Shown piece by piece: positions 17,585 to 21,318 of a stretch of 21,318 nucleotides of DNA (the stretch's first letter is position 1; every line of letters starts with the position of its first letter). This DNA is from a virus (taxonomy: Duplodnaviria; Heunggongvirae; Uroviricota; Caudoviricetes), in IMG/VR virus record IMGVR_UViG_3300037067_004861, one strand, 5' to 3'. The notes below the pieces were generated by a model. That model saw only the letters and a program-made list of their open reading frames with translations, did no database searches and was not told the DNA's origin. Both the position numbers and the translations under genes were made by a program.

Positions 17585-18564
17585 AGGTGGTATTCCTTAT
17601 CCGGTTTAACAAAGCCTTTGTAATCTGCGAACGCAAAACTATCTGAAAAAGTAGAGCCGTCTCTGTTTCTCCAGAGAACATATTTGTCTACGTTAGCCGC
17701 GTCAATCCATACCGAACCCACTGGCTGCCCATTCGGTAATGGGCCCTTTCCGAAATTAGGGCCATGGCTGTTAATGAACAAGGCTCCAGGACGCTTACCG
17801 TCTTGGACTCCCGCAATCACCATACTGTGGTACCACGTTCCGGAAGGTTGAACAAAGCCGTCACTATCCCTGTTTGCACCCTCTAATCCCATAGTTGAGC
17901 AGAAAATCACAGGGTGGCCAGCAGACACGGAGTCCCGAATCTCGTTCCAACTACTTACCAGGGCGCAGGTTTTAACAGGTTGCTTTTTCGCTTCCTCTAA
18001 GAGGGCGGGGGTAAGGCCATTGCGGTCCCAGTAATCCAATTCTTTTTTGTTGTAAACGGTGAGGTCATAAGGAGGATATGGCTTCCGAAGAAGATTACCA
18101 TAAGCCATTAGGTAATCAACTGCCCATTTCCCACACATCCCCTCTCCGCCACCCATTTCATCCAATTCTTTTTTAGCACTAGGCATGTGCCGTCCACCGG
18201 CATAAATCGCTATCGTGCTGCTAGGAATAGTATTACCGACGGCCCTGTTTTTAAGATTTTGTACCGCGTCTAATATGTCTACTCCAGCTCCGGAGGCATG
18301 GGAAACGCAATCACCGGCTACTTGGAACTGTGGTTCCCAGAGTCGGTGGTTCACTTTTTCCCAGGCCTTCCAGAGGGCTACTGATTTGTCTTCTCCATAA
18401 GAACGTAAAGAACTGATTGTGTAGAGGGGTGGCAGTGTTGTTGGGAGATGCGAGGGCATCCACCCACACCTTTTAACCTTAGTATTAGGAAGAACTACCC
18501 TACCAAGAGCAGTTCCACTAACAAATAAGGAGGCCGCCAATCCCAAGAAACTGCGACGATCCAT
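17578..18564 (-). CDS. Papain-like (C1) cysteine peptidase with twin-arginine signal peptide, 328 aa
   Basis: ATG 18564, 2 nt after the previous stop, gives MDRRSFLGLAASLFVSGTALG. Catalytic motifs QVAGDCVSHA (Gln/Cys), WYHSMVIAG (His) and FINSHG (Asn). Confidence 0.8.
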   Translation of the reverse strand: MDRRSFLGLAASLFVSGTALGRVVLPNTKVKRCGWMPSHLPTTLPPLYTISSLRSYGEDKSVALWKAWEKVNHRLWEPQFQVAGDCVSHASGAGVDILDAVQNLKNRAVGNTIPSSTIAIYAGGRHMPSAKKELDEMGGGEGMCGKWAVDYLMAYGNLLRKPYPPYDLTVYNKKELDYWDRNGLTPALLEEAKKQPVKTCALVSSWNEIRDSVSAGHPVIFCSTMGLEGANRDSDGFVQPSGTWYHSMVIAGVQDGKRPGALFINSHGPNFGKGPLPNGQPVGSVWIDAANVDKYVLWRNRDGSTFSDSFAFADYKGFVKPDKEYHLW

Positions 18565-18566
18565 GG

Positions 18567-19274
18567 CTATGCCTTTTCTAAGGTATCCGCAATTTTCAGC
18601 CAAAGAGCATAATAATCGTCAATAGTAGCGTTAGTCATGTTCTGTTTGCAATGATCCAGGACGCTTTGAAGAAAAGGCTTCCAAACTTCCAAGGATTCAT
18701 TGAGAATAACTTTATTGCTTATCTGAGTGCGTGTGAATAGTTCGTCGATGGTAGCGGGCTTACTTTCAACCGCGAATCTGAAAGAGCGGGCTAATTGTTT
18801 GGCTACAACTGGATCAAAGTCTTTGGGTAGATTGTCAGTGATATTAAAATCAGTGTTCTTGTTTCCAGGACCAACGACTAAGCGCTTCACCACCAAATCG
18901 ACTTTACCACCTTTAGTCATAGCACAAATGAAAAGGTATTCACCTTCGGTGGTTGCACTAAAAACTAATTGTTTACCACCGTCAATGACGCGATAATTTT
19001 TAGTGTTCGGGAGGACATGCCAAACATAAGCATCGGCATCACTGACCCCGGCGTCAAAAATCACTAATTCCCCGACTGCCGCGGAAGTAGTGGATTTTAT
19101 TTGACCATCTAGTTCGGAAGATGGCGCAGCTAAGAAGGCAGAGATCACACCAACTAACAGTAGAATAAGGGGTGAGTTCTCTTTTACACTCTTCTTAGAA
19201 GGCATCTTCTTAGTAATAACCGTTTTAGAAGGCACTTCCTTAGAAGGCAACTTATTTAACAGAAGTGTCGGCAT
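18567..19274 (-). CDS. Membrane-anchored protein with PKD/Ig-like domain and helical C-terminus, 235 aa
   Basis: ATG 19274 with AAGGA SD; basic xPSKx-repeat N-terminus, hydrophobic segment LILLLVGVISAFLAA, then GELVIFDAGVSDADAYVWHV (PKD-like). Confidence 0.55.
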   Translation of the reverse strand: MPTLLLNKLPSKEVPSKTVITKKMPSKKSVKENSPLILLLVGVISAFLAAPSSELDGQIKSTTSAAVGELVIFDAGVSDADAYVWHVLPNTKNYRVIDGGKQLVFSATTEGEYLFICAMTKGGKVDLVVKRLVVGPGNKNTDFNITDNLPKDFDPVVAKQLARSFRFAVESKPATIDELFTRTQISNKVILNESLEVWKPFLQSVLDHCKQNMTNATIDDYYALWLKIADTLEKA

Positions 19275-19473
19275 CCGTTGTTCCTTCAGTACCAATAGGT
19301 AGGCTTGTTACCAAGCGTAATGCAATATTCACACCACTGATAACCATCCCCAAGAAAGCCACTAACGAAGCGTTTTGTGCAATAAGTTCGGACCCTTGGG
19401 CCGCAGTGAAAATCGTAATCCCCAGGGTTAGTAGGTTCACAATGACAGTCTTACTCTGATACCATTTCTTCAT
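19252..19473 (-). CDS. Putative holin (2 TM helices)
   Basis: AAGGAG 7 nt before ATG 19473; KKWYQSKTVIVN...VNIALRLVTSLPIG resembles a common small phage holin-like pattern. Confidence 0.6.
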   Translation of the reverse strand: MKKWYQSKTVIVNLLTLGITIFTAAQGSELIAQNASLVAFLGMVISGVNIALRLVTSLPIGTEGTTDADTSVK

Positions 19474-19515
19474 AACCACACTCCTTAAAAGAATAAAAAT
19501 AGGGAAAACTAAAAA

Positions 19516-20049
19516 TTAGCCGATACTAACAGTATCTAATGCTTTTAAAATCTCATCACCAATTTTTTCTAATAGTTCTTCATCGTCGATGTATTTGCCA
19601 ATAATCTCAATAATCAACTGGGCGAACTGTAAAACCTTAGTTTTATCGAGTAGGTTTCCTAGTTTACTTTCAAGGCGTTGGCAAGAAGTTACTAGCTTCT
19701 CGCACTTCATAATTAAATCAGAGAGTGGTTGACTAATTGAAACCAGATCATAGTTATCAGTACATTTTTCAACTCGCTCCTCAATAAGCATCCGGAGGAT
19801 GGAGACTTCATCTTTCAATGAGAATAGACCGTCACTATTGCCGAGTTCCTCGGCCCTAGCTTTGAACTTAGTTAGTCTATAGTTTTTCATTGCTTTTTTC
19901 TCTGCCACTTGGCGAAGAAGACCCCCACCATGCGCAGAACACAAATTAGTACCATCCACTGCCTTGAGATGGCACTGGGTATGGCCTGAGATGGCCTGGC
20001 AACGGTGTGGATCGTCAGGAGCCACGAATTCTTTTGTGTAACCGTCCAT
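19516..20049 (-). CDS. Putative terminase small subunit with N-terminal C3H (HGG-type) Zn finger
   Basis: CQA...QC...LCSAHGG followed by a helical/coiled-coil region; first gene after the non-coding gap. Start uncertain (ATG 20049 or TTG 20073). Confidence 0.55.
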   Translation of the reverse strand: MDGYTKEFVAPDDPHRCQAISGHTQCHLKAVDGTNLCSAHGGGLLRQVAEKKAMKNYRLTKFKARAEELGNSDGLFSLKDEVSILRMLIEERVEKCTDNYDLVSISQPLSDLIMKCEKLVTSCQRLESKLGNLLDKTKVLQFAQLIIEIIGKYIDDEELLEKIGDEILKALDTVSIG

Positions 20050-20069
20050 ATGATAATAATATCCAGAGA

Positions 20070-20099
20070 TCAATTATTGACCAAGTTTGGTTTAGGCAT
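20070..20099 (-). other. Nine-codon upstream ORF (MPKPNLVNN) with strong SD
   Basis: AGGTGAGG-CACTAA-ATG; its TGA (20072-20070) overlaps TTG 20073, which opens the terS frame. Confidence 0.35.
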
Positions 20100-20217
20100 T
20101 TAGTGCCTCACCTACATATAGGACCGGGCCAATGAAAATGTTCAAGAAACCCTGAAAATTTCCAAAATTTCCGAAAGCCAAAAAGCGACAAACAATGTTC
20201 CCGTGTTTTCTAGGAAA

Positions 20218-20506
20218 GAGGTAAATAACCCACCCTACCACTACCATATGGGAAATAAATCTAGGATTCAACTAATCATTGCTTCATAGCTCTCTTGGGT
20301 AAATGATTTTAAAATCAAGAAATCAATAATTAGAAATCAATAATTAGGAATCAATAATTAGAAATCAAGGAAACCTCGGATTCGACTCTTTTCATAATAA
20401 TATCGTTTCAAAATAAAAGACACAAAATTTCAGGCATCCTAGGGCCGGAGCAGCATTCGATCCCCCAATCGGGGGAGGTGCCTTCAAGGAGGCAAATAAC
20501 CCTCCC
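20218..20506. repeat. Two 18-bp direct repeats GAGG(T/C)AAATAACCC(A/T)CCC at 20218-20235 and 20489-20506
   Basis: 16 of 18 positions identical; 271 bp apart. Confidence 0.7.
20304..20368. repeat. Perfect palindrome TGATTTTAAAATCA followed by 3.6 copies of G(A/G)AATCAATAATTA
   Basis: Palindrome at 20304-20317; units at 20319, 20333, 20347 and a partial unit at 20361. Confidence 0.9.
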
Positions 20507-20533
20507 CCGTTAGCGGGGAATTACTACAACTAC

Positions 20534-20563
20534 GATTACGATTACGATTATGATTACGATTAT
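20534..20563. repeat. (GATTAY)5 microsatellite
   Basis: GATTAC GATTAC GATTAT GATTAC GATTAT read directly. Confidence 0.9.
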
Positions 20564-20600
20564 GATATTACAATCATTACAACTATCAATGATTATAGTA

Positions 20601-20870
20601 TCAACGGGTCGGCGGCTTGTTGTTGATCCATCCTGTTTTGCCACGCAATCCATGGCAGTTAATGCAACGCTCACAATCCTTGCAATCCACGCAGGCAATG
20701 CAATGATCGCAATTGGTACAATCCACACAAGTATTGCAGTCCGTGCAATCATTGCAGGTTATGCAATTGTTGCAATTGGTACAATACTCACAATCATTGC
20801 AGCCAATGCAAACATCACAATTGCTGCAATGCACACAAACGCTACAATCTGCACAATTGTCGTTAGTCAT
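20601..20870 (-). CDS. Cysteine-rich (CxxC)n repeat microprotein 2, 89 aa
   Basis: TAAGAGG SD before ATG 20870 (the track start at 20957 is unlikely). Cys at every third residue from 6 to 72 (23 Cys), then HGLRGKTGWINNKP. Confidence 0.75.
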   Translation of the reverse strand: MTNDNCADCSVCVHCSNCDVCIGCNDCEYCTNCNNCITCNDCTDCNTCVDCTNCDHCIACVDCKDCERCINCHGLRGKTGWINNKPPTR

Positions 20871-20895
20871 AATCGTACCTCTTATGATTGTGATA

Positions 20896-21162
20896 CTATG
20901 ATCGTGGTTTGTTGTCTTTCCAACCCGTCTTGTCTTGCAATCCATAGCAATTCTCACAATCTATGCAATCCGTGCAATTGTGGCAATTGTCACAATATAT
21001 ACAATTCGTACAATTGCTGCAATCACCACAATATATACAATTCGTACAATGGCTGCAATTGTCACAGTCGGCACAATGATTGCAATTCTTGCATTCGTTG
21101 CAACCACTACTGGCTATGCAATAGCTGCATTCGTTATAATTCTGGCAATTGACGTTAGCCAT
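20896..21162 (-). CDS. Cysteine-rich (CxxC)n repeat microprotein 1, 88 aa
   Basis: TAAGAGG SD 7 nt before ATG; same register as its paralogue (21 Cys; positions 9 and 18 are TAT and AGT), then YGLQDKTGWKDNKP. Confidence 0.75.
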   Translation of the reverse strand: MANVNCQNYNECSYCIASSGCNECKNCNHCADCDNCSHCTNCIYCGDCSNCTNCIYCDNCHNCTDCIDCENCYGLQDKTGWKDNKPRS

Positions 21163-21177
21163 GCTCTTGCCTCTTAT

Positions 21178-21318
21178 GATTGTAGTATCCCTGATTGTAG
21201 TATCCCTGATTGTAGTATCCCTGATTGTAGTATCCCTGATTGTAGTATCCCTGATTGTAGTATCCCTGATTGTAGTATCCCTGATTGTAGTATCCCTGAT
21301 TGTAGTATCCCTGATTGT
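21178..21318. repeat. Perfect 15-bp tandem array (GATTGTAGTATCCCT) x at least 9.4, truncated by window end
   Basis: Identical units with no spacers. Confidence 0.95.

Noticed and set aside
17578-18564. C1 peptidase as the prohead protease
   Set aside because: Its twin-arginine signal implies export, and known prohead proteases are mostly serine proteases. Kept only as a minor alternative in the leader-motif finding.
19473-19479. Lambda S-like dual start (holin/antiholin) at GTG 19479 and ATG 19473
   Set aside because: The GTG is only 1 nt from the SD, too close for initiation.
20111-20146. Sigma70-like promoter TTGAAC-N19-TATATG on the minus strand
   Set aside because: The spacer is too long and the -10 match is poor, so it cannot be supported from sequence alone.
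20510-21152. ORFs 20550..21152 (+), 20713..20901 (+) and 20510..20752 (-)
   Set aside because: They are antisense or off-frame products of the Cys repeats and the GATTAY microsatellite, with no convincing SD, whereas the Cys frames have paired SDs.
7833-21162. Diversity-generating retroelement acting on the fibre or the Cys genes
   Set aside because: No reverse transcriptase and no TR/VR pair with adenine-specific differences were seen in the window.
21178-21318. CRISPR array
   Set aside because: Units are 15 bp, contiguous and identical, with no spacers, and no cas genes are present.
1-21318. Stop-codon reassignment, tRNA/rRNA genes, integrase or IS elements
   Set aside because: TAA, TAG and TGA all end well-packed genes, and no such elements were recognised.

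Overview
This window is the packaging, head and tail morphogenesis module of a long-tailed (siphovirus-like) phage or prophage, entirely on the minus strand. In transcription order (right to left): a 15-bp tandem array running off the window end; two paralogous (CxxC)n microproteins; a repeat-rich non-coding region (possible cos/pac); putative small terminase; five envelope-targeted genes (holin-like, PKD/Ig-like membrane protein, Tat-signal papain-family protease, secreted thioredoxin-like protein, DUF1360-like CxxC membrane protein); lambda gpA-type large terminase; portal; two probable head accessory proteins with a shared N-terminal motif; a 1062-aa collagen/beta-propeller fibre; a GT4 glycosyltransferase; head-tail adaptor; scaffold; P22-like major capsid protein; neck genes; major tail protein; tail assembly chaperone with a -1 frameshift that the ORF track misses; a gp10-like gene; and the tape measure N-terminus (also missing from the track). 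The most interesting signals are: (i) a shared N-terminal leader ending [IF]-[MV]-[CA]-F on scaffold, capsid and tail tube proteins, suggesting common proteolytic maturation; (ii) a possible exported protease plus thiol-redox cassette splitting terS from terL; (iii) a Ser/Thr-rich collagen fibre next to a glycosyltransferase. All family assignments come from motif recognition by eye; no database searches were run.
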